DNA of 64,000 nt from a bacterium. Lineage in GTDB: Bacteria > Hinthialibacterota > Hinthialibacteria > Hinthialibacterales > Hinthialibacteraceae. Location of the stretch: assembly GCA_963663405.2 (NCBI GenBank), contig CAXXSM010000160.1:1-64000 (forward strand). The letters run 5' to 3'. Positions 21,815 through 31,667 of this stretch are shown piece by piece. A model generated the notes under the pieces. The model was not told the origin of the DNA. It did not search any database and saw nothing but the letters and a program-made list of their open reading frames with translations. The position numbers were made by a program, and so were the translations under genes. Every line of letters begins with the position of its first letter. Position 1 is the first letter of the stretch.

Positions 21815-21831
21815 AGCAAACGCGGCGCCAA
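21815..21831 (-). promoter_or_regulatory. Sigma-54 (-24/-12) promoter of the fliK-flgD-flgE operon
   Basis: Minus strand TTGGCGC-CGCGT-TTGCT matches TGGCAC-N5-TTGCW with one mismatch and correct GG/GC spacing, about 65 nt upstream of the fliK ATG. Confidence 0.75.
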
Positions 21832-21917
21832 GCGGTTGATTGAGGAAAAATCATGCAGTGGTTGATTTAACTGACTGCTGAATCTATGTTTATGGTGTAG
21901 GGATGGGACGGACTATT

Positions 21918-21964
21918 TTTCCCGCATAATAAGAAAAAAGGCAAAATTTGCCCATTTCCCGCAT
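21918..21964. promoter_or_regulatory. Candidate enhancer (bEBP binding site)
   Basis: Palindrome GGCAAA-A-TTTGCC (21940-21952) flanked by direct repeat TTTCCCGCAT (21918 and 21955), about 90-130 bp upstream of the sigma-54 motif. Confidence 0.45.
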
Positions 21965-21988
21965 GGAAAGGATGGATAGAGATCAATC

Positions 21989-22354
21989 GTGCAGCGTGAT
22001 ACCATCTGCCTGGAAGATTTTATACTCGATGTATATTTAGGAGTTTCGGCGAACGAGCGGAAAACTTTACAACCAATTCACTTTGATGTGAGAATTGGAT
22101 TTGACACACGCCGCGCGGCGGCTTCGGATAAACTCGCGGATACGTTGGATTACGAAGCCGTCTTCAATACGATCCAGCAGATCGCCCAAGAAAAACGGTA
22201 TAATCTGTTAGAAACGTTATGCGCGCGCGCCGCGAAGGCGGTTCTGGAAATGGGCGCGGCACAGATCTGGATCAAAGCGACGAAAATCAGCCCCCCCATT
22301 AAAGGAATGACAGGCCGCGTATCGGTTGAAATCGAACGCCATGCGGGTATCTGA
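21989..22354 (+). CDS. folB: Dihydroneopterin aldolase
   Basis: 'GVSANER...Q', 'SDKLADTLDY', 'LLETL', 'K..PPI...VSVEIER'. Confidence 0.9.
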   Translation: MQRDTICLEDFILDVYLGVSANERKTLQPIHFDVRIGFDTRRAAASDKLADTLDYEAVFNTIQQIAQEKRYNLLETLCARAAKAVLEMGAAQIWIKATKISPPIKGMTGRVSVEIERHAGI

Positions 22355-22389
22355 TAGCGGCCGGATTTTATCCTGGAGCCGAGGCAGGA

Positions 22390-24669
22390 ATGAAGAAAAG
22401 CAAACCAGCGTCTCGTTCCCATACCAGCGATCAATCCAAAGGAATAGACACACCGATCCAATTTTGTCCTGGCGTGGGGCCTAAACGCGGACAACTGTTC
22501 CGGAAACTCGGCGTCGAAACGATCCGGGATCTCTTGTGGCTTCTACCAAGGGGGTATGAAGATTTCCACACGGTCACGCCCGCCGCCGGTCTGTGTCCCG
22601 GCGAAGTGGCCACGGTGTTGGGCACTGTCCAGCGTGTCTCCGAACGCCGCCCCTATTCGCGGGGGAAAGTGCGTCATATTCTCCGGGCGGAAATTGATGA
22701 CCAAACCGGTTCACTGCTCGCTGTCTGGTTCAACCAGCCTTTTCTCACAAGTACAGTGCGAACCGGCGCCCGCCTGCGTCTGCACGGTAAAGTGGAGCTT
22801 TATGATCATATGATTCAACTCACGTCTCCCAAAGTGCAATCCGCCGATGACGAGGACGATAACACGCAGGGATTGGCGCCTCTTTATCCGCTCTGCGAAG
22901 GATTGCGCCAGGGGAACGTGCGTAAAGCGGTCCAGAACGCGTTAGATCGATATGGATCGTTTTGTGTGGAATTTCTTCCAGATACGATTCTTCAACACAA
23001 CCGGTTTCCCTCTCGTTTTGAGACGTTCCGGATTTTGCACGCTCCCAAACCCGGCGAAGGCGCGCCGTCGGATATTCCCATCTCCGAAGAGTCGCTTCTT
23101 CAATCCATTGATGGCCGGGAAGTTATTCAACCGTTTTTATTGCGTTCCAACGAATCCGAATCGCTTTGGGAACGGGCGCGGAAACGTCTGGTTTATGAGG
23201 AATTTTTACTCCATCAATTTATTTTCTGCCGGTACCGTGGACGGGTTAAAAGAGAGCCGGGTATCGCGCATCCACTGCCCGTTCCTGATCCTCTTGCTAC
23301 AGACACAACCGTCTCCCTTTCGGCTTCAGGGCCGCAGGAATGGCCGGCGGTGTTTCTACGGAACCTTCCATTTCAACTCACTCCCAGTCAGCGGGAGGTT
23401 TGCCGGGAACTGCAGGAAGATCTTCATAATCCCTCACCTATGAATCGCCTGCTGCAAGGCGATGTCGGTTCCGGGAAAACCGTCGTTTCAGTCTACGCCA
23501 TGCTCGTAGCCGCAGCGGGAGGCCGGCAGGCGGCGTTAATGGCGCCAACGGAGATTCTCGCCCGTCAACACGCCGCGAATATCCAGCGCATGACCGAAAC
23601 GCTCCCTGGTTTAAACTCCGTCTTATTGACCGGCGGCGCCAAAACGGCCGAACGGCGGGAGGCGCTAAGCCTGATTGACAGCGGTGCCTCTCAAATCGTA
23701 ATCGGCACGCACGCTCTCTTCCAAGAATCCGTCACGTTTCATAATCTAGGCATGGTTGTCGTGGACGAGCAGCACAAATTTGGTGTCTCTCAACGGCAGC
23801 GGTTGATTGATAAAGGACTCCATCCGGATCTCCTTGTCTCGACCGCGACGCCCATTCCCCGCACACTCTCCCTTACATGGTATGGGGACATGGATGTTTC
23901 CACCATCCGCGATCTACCCCCTGGGCGTCCCCCCCTCATCACCCGGTGGACCACCTGGGAGAACGGAACCAAACTTTGGAAATTCGTTGACGAAAAAATC
24001 GAGGAAGGACAGCAGGCGTATGTCGTCTGTCCGATTATTGAACCATCCGAAAACATGCCCCAACTTCCCTCGACCGAACAGGCCTTTGATGCGCTTTCCA
24101 AGACTTTTCTCCCTCACCGGCGCGTGGAAATCTTGCATGGCCGTCATTCCACCGAAGTGAAAACCGATCTGATGAGCCGCATGCGGGAGGGCGCTGTGGA
24201 TGTGGTTGTGGCGACAACCGTGATAGAAGTCGGTGTGGATCTTCCTAATGCGACGATGATGGTGGTTCTCGGCGCTGAACGATTCGGTTTGGCGCAGCTG
24301 CACCAGCTGCGTGGCCGGGTGGGACGGGGAACAAAAAAATCGTACTGTGTTTTAATCACGCACAACCGGATTCCACCATTCGCGCAGGATCGAATGCGAA
24401 TTTTAGAACGGACCCGCGATGGATTCGAGATCGCGGAAGAAGACTGCCGCATGCGGGGGCCGGGGGAATATTTTGGGACGCGGCAGACCGGTCATCTCAA
24501 CTTCCGCCTCGCCGATCCTATCCATGACAGTGATCTTCTTAAAGACGCTAATCTAGCCGCCACCGCGTTATATGAGGACGATCCCGATTTAACGCGGCCC
24601 CAGCACAGCCTTCTCAAAGAAGAGATTCGGCTCGCCTATGGCCGTCACGATTTCAATCGGCCTTCCTGA
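22390..24669 (+). CDS. recG: ATP-dependent DNA helicase RecG
   Basis: 'MNRLLQGDVGSGKT', 'MAPTEILA.QH', 'DEQHKFG', 'TATPIPRTL', 'AERFGLAQLHQLRGRVGRG', 'RGPGE.FGTRQTG'. Confidence 0.97.
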   Translation: MKKSKPASRSHTSDQSKGIDTPIQFCPGVGPKRGQLFRKLGVETIRDLLWLLPRGYEDFHTVTPAAGLCPGEVATVLGTVQRVSERRPYSRGKVRHILRAEIDDQTGSLLAVWFNQPFLTSTVRTGARLRLHGKVELYDHMIQLTSPKVQSADDEDDNTQGLAPLYPLCEGLRQGNVRKAVQNALDRYGSFCVEFLPDTILQHNRFPSRFETFRILHAPKPGEGAPSDIPISEESLLQSIDGREVIQPFLLRSNESESLWERARKRLVYEEFLLHQFIFCRYRGRVKREPGIAHPLPVPDPLATDTTVSLSASGPQEWPAVFLRNLPFQLTPSQREVCRELQEDLHNPSPMNRLLQGDVGSGKTVVSVYAMLVAAAGGRQAALMAPTEILARQHAANIQRMTETLPGLNSVLLTGGAKTAERREALSLIDSGASQIVIGTHALFQESVTFHNLGMVVVDEQHKFGVSQRQRLIDKGLHPDLLVSTATPIPRTLSLTWYGDMDVSTIRDLPPGRPPLITRWTTWENGTKLWKFVDEKIEEGQQAYVVCPIIEPSENMPQLPSTEQAFDALSKTFLPHRRVEILHGRHSTEVKTDLMSRMREGAVDVVVATTVIEVGVDLPNATMMVVLGAERFGLAQLHQLRGRVGRGTKKSYCVLITHNRIPPFAQDRMRILERTRDGFEIAEEDCRMRGPGEYFGTRQTGHLNFRLADPIHDSDLLKDANLAATALYEDDPDLTRPQHSLLKEEIRLAYGRHDFNRPS

Positions 24670-24672
24670 TAG

Positions 24673-24703
24673 AAGAGGGGCGGTCCGAAGAACCACCCCT
24701 CTT
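24673..24703. terminator. Hairpin between convergent recG and CBM9-like genes
   Basis: AAGAGGGG...CCCCTCTT inverted repeat; the minus strand has a cUUCGg loop. No strong U-tract on either side. Confidence 0.55.
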
Positions 24704-24751
24704 TACGCTTGCTGTAGTTATTTATCATACGCCGCGAGCATTCATCATTGT

Positions 24752-25682
24752 TTAATGAAGTTCCCAATCACTAACTAGTGTAGGAATCGCGAAGTACGCT
24801 TCAGTCCAGGTTTGGTCATTGTCCCCATTACCGACCCACATGACTTGCGTGTCGAATCCACCTTCCGGTTTATCTACATCGATACATAAATGAGTCAATC
24901 CAATCGTGCTGCCCTCCAGCGGTTCGGGAAGCAGTGGATCCCAACCAAGCATATCCATTTCCTCGTCTGTCAGAGTACTGGGATCTTCTGGATCGCTATA
25001 ATATTTGCTGGTTTTGATCGATTCCCAGGGAATCTTAACTTCGATGGTATAATTCGTTCCATCGATGATGACTACGCTTTCCCATCCTTCGTTCACTTCA
25101 CCCCGCACAATTGTTCCATCGGGCAGTGTGTAATCATACGAGTCAGAGCGTGAGCCTCTCCGGGTGCCGACGGGCCACATCCGTGTCATCGGACTTGTTT
25201 GATCTTCGATTGCGCCAATAACGATGATCATTTCACCGGGTAACCATTTTTCTCCAGATATGTTTTCAATATCTGATAAGAAATCAGGGTAGAGGATGAT
25301 ATCTTGTTCGTCATTATTCGTGAAATCGATGAACCATTGCACGCCATCGCGTTCCCACCAAGCGTAAGGAGTTGTCGTATCGACGAAGGAAATATAATCA
25401 TCCTCCACCTGGGCTGCGCAATACAGCGCTTCATCGTTGTAGAGCATCGCGAAAGTACAGACCGCGTCTGTGCCGTTCCAGTCATATCCACCGGTTTCGG
25501 CGACTGTATCAGCGCCATAGGTTACCCATTCCGCGTTTGTCCAAATCGCCCAAATCCCCATCAATGACGGGACCGCTTGTTGGATTGATCGTATACAACG
25601 GGCCCAATGGGTTCGTTCCCCATGCGTTTAATCCCATGATAAGAACTAAGCTGGTAATGAATATCGTCACATTTTTTTTCAT
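24752..25682 (-). CDS. Secreted CBM9/DOMON-like sugar-binding protein with C-terminal W-motif; frameshift near 25550
   Basis: Signal peptide MKKNVTIFITSLVLIMGLNAWG from ATG 25682; 'PVIDGDL', 'YNDEALY.AAQVEDD', 'DGVQWFID', 'YTIEVKIPW'; ends PTLVSDWELH*. Confidence 0.7.
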
Positions 25683-25953
25683 CGTACCGTCTCCTCAATT
25701 GATTTAAAATAACATACTTCTAACGTAACATAATTGTCACTTGATTTCTAGAAGAAAATGAAATGAAAGAATTATTTTTCGAAAATATGGTTTATCGCAT
25801 GGGCTCGTTGATTTCGGAAAAATACAATGAATCGTGTTTCATAATCTCTTCCTATAGGCGTGTTGGGAGTTGTACGATATCATACGAAACGGATGGAACG
25901 AGATTGGATATTCCTGTTTCATCCAACGTGCCATTAACAGGAACGTAAAAATA

Positions 25954-26850
25954 ATGCAGAAGACTGACTTTGATTCAATTGTGGATAAGGGACTCTCACT
26001 TATTATCCCCGTTTATAATGAAAAAGAGAGCGCGCCGGATTTTTTGGCTTCATTGCGTTCATTCTCTCAATCCTGCCCTTTTCCTCTTGAAGTGATTCTG
26101 GTTGACGATGGATCAACCGATGGAACCGCCTCGCTTTTAGAAGACGCGCCGTATCAGGTTATCCGGCATGACACGAACCGGGGATATGGCGCCGCGATCA
26201 AAACCGGCGTCACACATGCGCGGTATGAAGCCGCCGCCATCGCCGACGCGGATGGGACATATAATTTAGATGACCTGCTTGCAATGGTTCCACATCTGGA
26301 TCAATGTGACATGGCGGTCGGCGCCCGGACCGGTCAGGATACCCAGATCCCACTCATGCGCCGTCCCGCGAAATGGTTGATCGGCGTCTTTGCGGCGTGG
26401 CTCACCCGCCGTTCGATCCCCGATCTCAATTCGGGACTGCGCGCGTTCCGGCGTAGTGAAGTGGAAAAGATTCTACGTCTATTGCCGGATGGATTCTCAC
26501 TTACGACCACTCTGACGATTGCTTTTCTCACAGGTGGAAGACGTGTATACTATCAACCCATCCGATATGGCAAGCGCGCGGGACGATCTAAGTTTCGTCC
26601 TTTGGCCGATACGTGGAACATGATTCTGTTAATCCTGCGGACGGTGGTTTTGATTCGCCCGTTGAATTTCTTCGTTCCATTCAGTCTCTTTCTTTTCCTT
26701 TTGGCCTTGGGCGTGGGAATCGTCAGTAAATTCGTGTTCGATCATTTCATGGACGCCACGTTCATCGTTCTCATGATGACCAGCATCCAGATGTTCGCGC
26801 TTGGATTAATCGCTGATTTGATTGTACGGACGAACTTATGGACGCATTGA
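25954..26850 (+). CDS. GT2 glycosyltransferase (polyprenol-phosphate sugar synthase-like, two C-terminal TMs)
   Basis: 'LIIPVYNE', 'VDDGSTDGT', 'NRGYGAAIKTG', 'DADGTY', 'DLNSGLRAF', 'R.GRSK'. Confidence 0.88.
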   Translation: MQKTDFDSIVDKGLSLIIPVYNEKESAPDFLASLRSFSQSCPFPLEVILVDDGSTDGTASLLEDAPYQVIRHDTNRGYGAAIKTGVTHARYEAAAIADADGTYNLDDLLAMVPHLDQCDMAVGARTGQDTQIPLMRRPAKWLIGVFAAWLTRRSIPDLNSGLRAFRRSEVEKILRLLPDGFSLTTTLTIAFLTGGRRVYYQPIRYGKRAGRSKFRPLADTWNMILLILRTVVLIRPLNFFVPFSLFLFLLALGVGIVSKFVFDHFMDATFIVLMMTSIQMFALGLIADLIVRTNLWTH

Positions 26851-26920
26851 AGGAATGATCGACCGATCTCCAATCCATTACCGTTTCGGATCATGATTAG
26901 GGAGGATCACGAAAAGTCTC

Positions 26921-28744
26921 ATGAATTTGAAATCTCTTACGTGTATTACTGGTTTCTTTCTTATCTTGCTATTCAGCGCCTGTGGCTCAAAAGAGGAGGC
27001 GGTGAAATCGCCGGATCCGGATTTGATCCTTCTCACGTATGGAGACCGGACGATCGACGCGCGCGATGTCTCAATCGCGTTTCAAGAATCTCATTCGTTC
27101 GAGGATCTACTCATCGCCAGTTTCACACAGACCGCCACAGATATTGTTCGGGATATTGCGGAAGACCTCGCGTTCAAGCGGATCATAGGCGAACGAGCGA
27201 GAGCGCTTGGTCTGCATGAGAGAGAATCGTTCAAACAGATTCACGACCGGGTTGTGAAGGATGAACTCTACCAAAAATTGATGATCGATGAGGTGTTGAG
27301 TAAAATCCGCTTTACCGAAAGAGACCTGAAGCGTTTTTATGATGAAAACAAAGAGAGTCTTTATCGGGAAAGCGATTCCAACGCCTATGTCATTAGGGCG
27401 ATCTATACAATATTTTCAGACGAGGAATCGAAAAAGAAAGCCCGCGCGAAAATCGAAGAAGCCTACCAGAAATTGGAAGCAGGGGAGCCGTTTGAGTCCG
27501 TCGCATTGAATTATTCGGAAGCGCTTCAACATAAACGTGGAAGAAAAAATTATTTTACGCCCGGCTTGGCGGCGCCGGAAGTGGAAAAACGGTGGAAGAG
27601 CCTGAAAAATGGCGCATACTCAGAGATCTTTGAACGGAGGAATATGTACCGGATTGATCAACGAGTTGAATTCATCGAACCGGCTTTCATCCCCTACCAG
27701 AAAGTGAAAACAAAAATCGTTGAACGGATGACGAACGAACAACGGGACCGGAATGTCTTGTTTCTCTCACAGGAATTAGCGCAAAAATATAATCTCAATG
27801 TTTTTCCCGATCTCATAAGCGGCGCCATTGAGGTGGAATCTTCAACAACCGTTTTATCAATTCCCGGCGTGCTTGAATTAACCCTCGCTCAATTTCAGGA
27901 TCTCGCGGAGAGGGAACAAAAACGAACGGTTCAAGACCAGTTGGATTACCTGACTTTCTTGGCCAATAAAACACTCTTTATCGAAGAGGCGCAACGCCGG
28001 GGATGGACCGAAGCGGATGTGGCCTTTACCACCGCCTATTGGGATACGTTGCAGTTGGAAAAGGAATTTCTTTTTTCCGAACTTGAAAAATTCCTTGAGA
28101 AAAACAAACTCACCGACGCGTCGATGTTGACTTATTTCAACTCGAACAAAGACAAACCGGAATTTCAAACGCAACAAATCTATGATCTCAGCCGTTTATT
28201 CTTCCCGTCGGGATATCAGGAGGGAATGACTCGTTTTGAAACCCAAACGATGTCCCTTCGATCCCGGACCAACGCGTACCGGGCATATGAATCGATCGCT
28301 GCAGGGAGTTCGTTCAATACTGTCGGCGCGTTATTTTCCCTGGACGCTGATTTTGCGCAAACAGGGGGACGAATTGGACGTATTCCCTACGACCAACTTG
28401 ACAGGGAAACACAATTGGCCGTCAGGCAGATGATCGCTGGCGAGATCAGCGAACCGCAAAGAAGAACCGCTTCTGAATTGGAACGTGGGGGATATGCGAT
28501 TTACTATGTTCGTGACCGGATTCCCTCGCGTTTGATGACGTTTAATGAAGCTAAAGAAGTAATCAAAATCAAAGTAAAAGATACTTTTTACGGACAAAGA
28601 CGAACCGAACTCAAACAGGAATTCGAAGAACAATATCCCCTTTCCTTCAATGACTCCGCCGTATATGAACTCGTAAAATATTTAACGAGCCTCGCCCAGC
28701 GCGCCGATTGGCAAAGCGATATTTCAAGATATACGAGACCGTAG
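26921..28744 (+). CDS. PpiC/parvulin-type foldase lipoprotein (PrsA/SurA-like, two rotamase-like regions)
   Basis: Lipobox LFSAC; 'KARAKIEEAYQKLEAGEPFESVALNYSE'; second 'GSSF....FS.D...GGRIG....GEISEP'. Confidence 0.7.
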   Translation: MNLKSLTCITGFFLILLFSACGSKEEAVKSPDPDLILLTYGDRTIDARDVSIAFQESHSFEDLLIASFTQTATDIVRDIAEDLAFKRIIGERARALGLHERESFKQIHDRVVKDELYQKLMIDEVLSKIRFTERDLKRFYDENKESLYRESDSNAYVIRAIYTIFSDEESKKKARAKIEEAYQKLEAGEPFESVALNYSEALQHKRGRKNYFTPGLAAPEVEKRWKSLKNGAYSEIFERRNMYRIDQRVEFIEPAFIPYQKVKTKIVERMTNEQRDRNVLFLSQELAQKYNLNVFPDLISGAIEVESSTTVLSIPGVLELTLAQFQDLAEREQKRTVQDQLDYLTFLANKTLFIEEAQRRGWTEADVAFTTAYWDTLQLEKEFLFSELEKFLEKNKLTDASMLTYFNSNKDKPEFQTQQIYDLSRLFFPSGYQEGMTRFETQTMSLRSRTNAYRAYESIAAGSSFNTVGALFSLDADFAQTGGRIGRIPYDQLDRETQLAVRQMIAGEISEPQRRTASELERGGYAIYYVRDRIPSRLMTFNEAKEVIKIKVKDTFYGQRRTELKQEFEEQYPLSFNDSAVYELVKYLTSLAQRADWQSDISRYTRP

Positions 28745-28841
28745 TATTTCGCTGCGATAGAAATCAGCGCTGGAATGTGCATAATGGAACACAATTCTAA
28801 CGCATGAACGATCGATTCGCAAAAAAAGGGGGAAAGTGACG

Positions 28842-30632
28842 ATGAAGAACAAAGGATTTACTTGTTGTATCGCAGCGTTGCTTAGTATCTTCTGCGCGCA
28901 ATTGGGTTGGGCGCAATTCGGTGTGTTTGAAGAGGAAATCGATTGGCCTCAGATTGGAGATGTGAAATTGCCGGGAAATACGTCTGTCTCGGGTTCGGGG
29001 GATGACGCCGTTTACACCGTCCAAGGCAACGGAAATGGTCTCAGCGCCGCTACCGATACGGATGAAGCCTACTTTGTTTATAAAGATATGACGGGCAGCT
29101 GGTCCCTTCAAGCCTTAGTCTCATGGGATGATCCCACGGGGATTCCATTCGGCACAGTCGGATTGATGATCCGGGACGATGAGGAGAATCCCAGTTCGAG
29201 GTATTATTCACTTGTCCTGCGATCCGATGAGACAAGTGACCGTTTGGAAACCATCTTCCGTAACCTCTATTTCTATGGCAGCCTCCAAAACACGGAACAC
29301 CGCACTCCCGATGATGAACCCATCTATGATCAAGGAAATGGAATATGGCTTCGCGTCACCCATATCGCGCCGCTTCAGTTATTTATTGGTGAATACTCCT
29401 TTGATGGTGAAGAGTGGGTTTTAGCCCATATTCAAGTGCTTCCCTGGGGGAATGAGACTTTGGCGTATGGTGTCATGATCAGCAATGATGAAGATAATGA
29501 TTTCATGGCGCAGGCGCAATTACAGAATGTAGAATTTCTCCCCGCGTTCCCCGTCGCGGAACGGACATTATCCAAAGCGGCGTTCACGAGTGAGGATACG
29601 ATTGATGTGTCCATTGAATTGTTCAATCCAGGGGATCCAGCGGCGATTGTGATTCAAGAAACAATCCCCCAAGGGTGGACTCCTGCGAATATCAGTCATG
29701 ATGGAACCTTTGCGGATGGTGTGATCACTTGGGATCTGGCGGATGTAGCCAACGGAAGTTTGGTTCTCACATACCAGGCTATCGCCCCGGCTTCTCCGGA
29801 AGACCGAGCTGATTGGACAGGAACGATTGTTGGTGGATTGGAAATACAAGGGAAAAGCGGTCTGCTCTTTACCGGTGGAAACGTAGAGCGGATCACGGAT
29901 GGATTGCTCGCTCTCTATACATTCAAAGAAGGAGATGGCGATACGGTCCATGATGTATCGGAAGCAGGGGATCCTCTGAATTTGACCATCTCGAATTTAT
30001 CGAATGTGGAATGGGGGCAAGGTTTTCTTGCGGTCAATGGCGCGGTCAAAATACGCTCTGGAGATCCAGCCACTAAACTCATTGAAGGGATTCAAGAAAC
30101 AAATGAGATCACAGTTGAAGCATGGATCGCTCCCGCCAATGATGTCCAATCCGGCCCCGCGCGAATCGTCACGCTCTCGTATAACGCATCACTAAGAAAC
30201 TTCACGCTGGGACAGGCCGGGACGGAATACCGGTTCCGCATCCGCACGCCAGACACCGGCAACAATGGAAGTAATCCCGAACTCCGAAGCCCGCCCGATA
30301 TTCTCACTACGGTTCTTACGCACGTAGTCTATACACGGGATGATTACTGGGCGACTTCCTTATATGTGAATGGGGATGTGGTAGTAAATGATGACAATAT
30401 CCTGGATATTATCGATAATTACATTAACGGAGATATTACCGGCTGGGATGACACCTATGAATTCGGTTTGGCGAATGAGATCAACGAAGAGCGACCCTGG
30501 TTGGGGGATCTTCATTTAGTCGCAGTCTACAATAAACCTTTGTCCGAAGATGAAATCGGTCAAAATTTCGCCGCCGGCCCATCGGCGGGACCGGGTTTCA
30601 TCGTGGATGTCGCCAATTGGTCCCTCTATTAA
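28842..30632 (+). CDS. Secreted multidomain protein (jelly-roll, Ig-like, LamG/ConA-like) with C-terminal W-motif
   Basis: Signal peptide ending GWA|Q; LamG hallmarks 'LLALYTFKEG.GDTVHD', 'ITVEAWI', 'HVVYT', 'LYVNG', 'VAVYNKPLSEDEI'; ends IVDVANWSLY*. Confidence 0.75.
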   Translation: MKNKGFTCCIAALLSIFCAQLGWAQFGVFEEEIDWPQIGDVKLPGNTSVSGSGDDAVYTVQGNGNGLSAATDTDEAYFVYKDMTGSWSLQALVSWDDPTGIPFGTVGLMIRDDEENPSSRYYSLVLRSDETSDRLETIFRNLYFYGSLQNTEHRTPDDEPIYDQGNGIWLRVTHIAPLQLFIGEYSFDGEEWVLAHIQVLPWGNETLAYGVMISNDEDNDFMAQAQLQNVEFLPAFPVAERTLSKAAFTSEDTIDVSIELFNPGDPAAIVIQETIPQGWTPANISHDGTFADGVITWDLADVANGSLVLTYQAIAPASPEDRADWTGTIVGGLEIQGKSGLLFTGGNVERITDGLLALYTFKEGDGDTVHDVSEAGDPLNLTISNLSNVEWGQGFLAVNGAVKIRSGDPATKLIEGIQETNEITVEAWIAPANDVQSGPARIVTLSYNASLRNFTLGQAGTEYRFRIRTPDTGNNGSNPELRSPPDILTTVLTHVVYTRDDYWATSLYVNGDVVVNDDNILDIIDNYINGDITGWDDTYEFGLANEINEERPWLGDLHLVAVYNKPLSEDEIGQNFAAGPSAGPGFIVDVANWSLY

Positions 30633-30647
30633 GAATTTTACACCGGT

Positions 30648-31430
30648 TTAAATCTGGGAATACTCTGTGGGCTTCAAAACGATATTGGTAATACCGCAGA
30701 GGATTCTCTTGTCCCCATATTCCGGAATCGCGCGCAATTTCTGCCAATCCGGATCGCCTCCGAACCGCTTCCAACTGGCTTTCTGTTCCTCTGCGCTTTC
30801 AAAACCGAGCATATATGTGAGATTCGGCATCTTGGCGCCGGCCAGCGTCTCTCCAAAAAAGACAGGATTCAGGCCGACTTTACGGAATATCTTGATTTCC
30901 GCTGTGTTAAACATTTCAATTTTCTTCTGCCCGGTTTTAACGCTGGGACTCTCGTAGGTGCGCAGCTGAAAGACCCGGCCCGGTGATTTTACGGGGATTT
31001 CCATATTGGGCATACCCGTGAAAGCGATCATGACCGAACTCTCCATCCGCTTATAGGCGGGATTGGAGGATGGAGCGTTCAAGAAATCCGCCCCTTTGCT
31101 CAGGAATTCCTCATCAGCGAGCAGTTTCTGCGTTACGGAACCGAACGATTCCAACGATTTGTGCCGGAGCAGCATGTAAATTGGACTCATCTCTTTTTCC
31201 GATTGAAAAATGCCAACCGGCTTCACATCGATCCGGTTCAACGCTGGTATCATTGCGGATGTCATAAATTCCCCAAAAGCTTTCTCCTGCGCTTCGCTCT
31301 CAATGTGGTACTGGCGCAGTTCGTAATAGTCTCTCCCATTCGCAGCCTTTGCTGTTCCTGCGGCGCTCAGAGCGCCTAACGATGCGGCTCCTACGATGCT
31401 CGTTCCCTTCATGAATGTTCTTCGATCCAT
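30648..31430 (-). CDS. Tat-exported NIPSNAP-family protein (two NIPSNAP domains)
   Basis: Twin-arginine 'MDRRTFMK'; 'YYELRQY', 'FQLRTYES', 'PNLTYML', 'PTEYSQI'. Confidence 0.85.
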   Translation of the reverse strand: MDRRTFMKGTSIVGAASLGALSAAGTAKAANGRDYYELRQYHIESEAQEKAFGEFMTSAMIPALNRIDVKPVGIFQSEKEMSPIYMLLRHKSLESFGSVTQKLLADEEFLSKGADFLNAPSSNPAYKRMESSVMIAFTGMPNMEIPVKSPGRVFQLRTYESPSVKTGQKKIEMFNTAEIKIFRKVGLNPVFFGETLAGAKMPNLTYMLGFESAEEQKASWKRFGGDPDWQKLRAIPEYGDKRILCGITNIVLKPTEYSQI

Positions 31431-31570
31431 GATTGACCATTCCTTTCATTTGTATTGTTATTTCAAACAATCTACGTGCGTTAGTGATCGACTACTATAC
31501 TTCGGCTGTTTGTGAAATTGAAGTTGTTTCCCAGACATTTTGATCCACAAATAGTAGAATGGCGCCAAAA

Positions 31571-31611
31571 TGGGGATGAAATGGGGATGGTTGGTGGATG
31601 CTTTGGGGATG
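31571..31611 (+). repeat. Four GGATG direct repeats with exact 11-bp phasing
   Basis: GGATG ends at 31578, 31589, 31600 and 31611; three copies are TGGGGATG. Confidence 0.75.
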
Positions 31612-31667
31612 GGATTTCTTCTACGATTCTTCCTGAAAGTGTTATTGTGACTAGGAGGAATTGCATT

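Noticed and set aside
28700-28744. Trp near the C-terminus of the PpiC lipoprotein (RADWQSDISRYTRP) as a W-motif
   Set aside because: Wrong register: no Val three residues before the Trp, and the Trp is 11 residues from the end.
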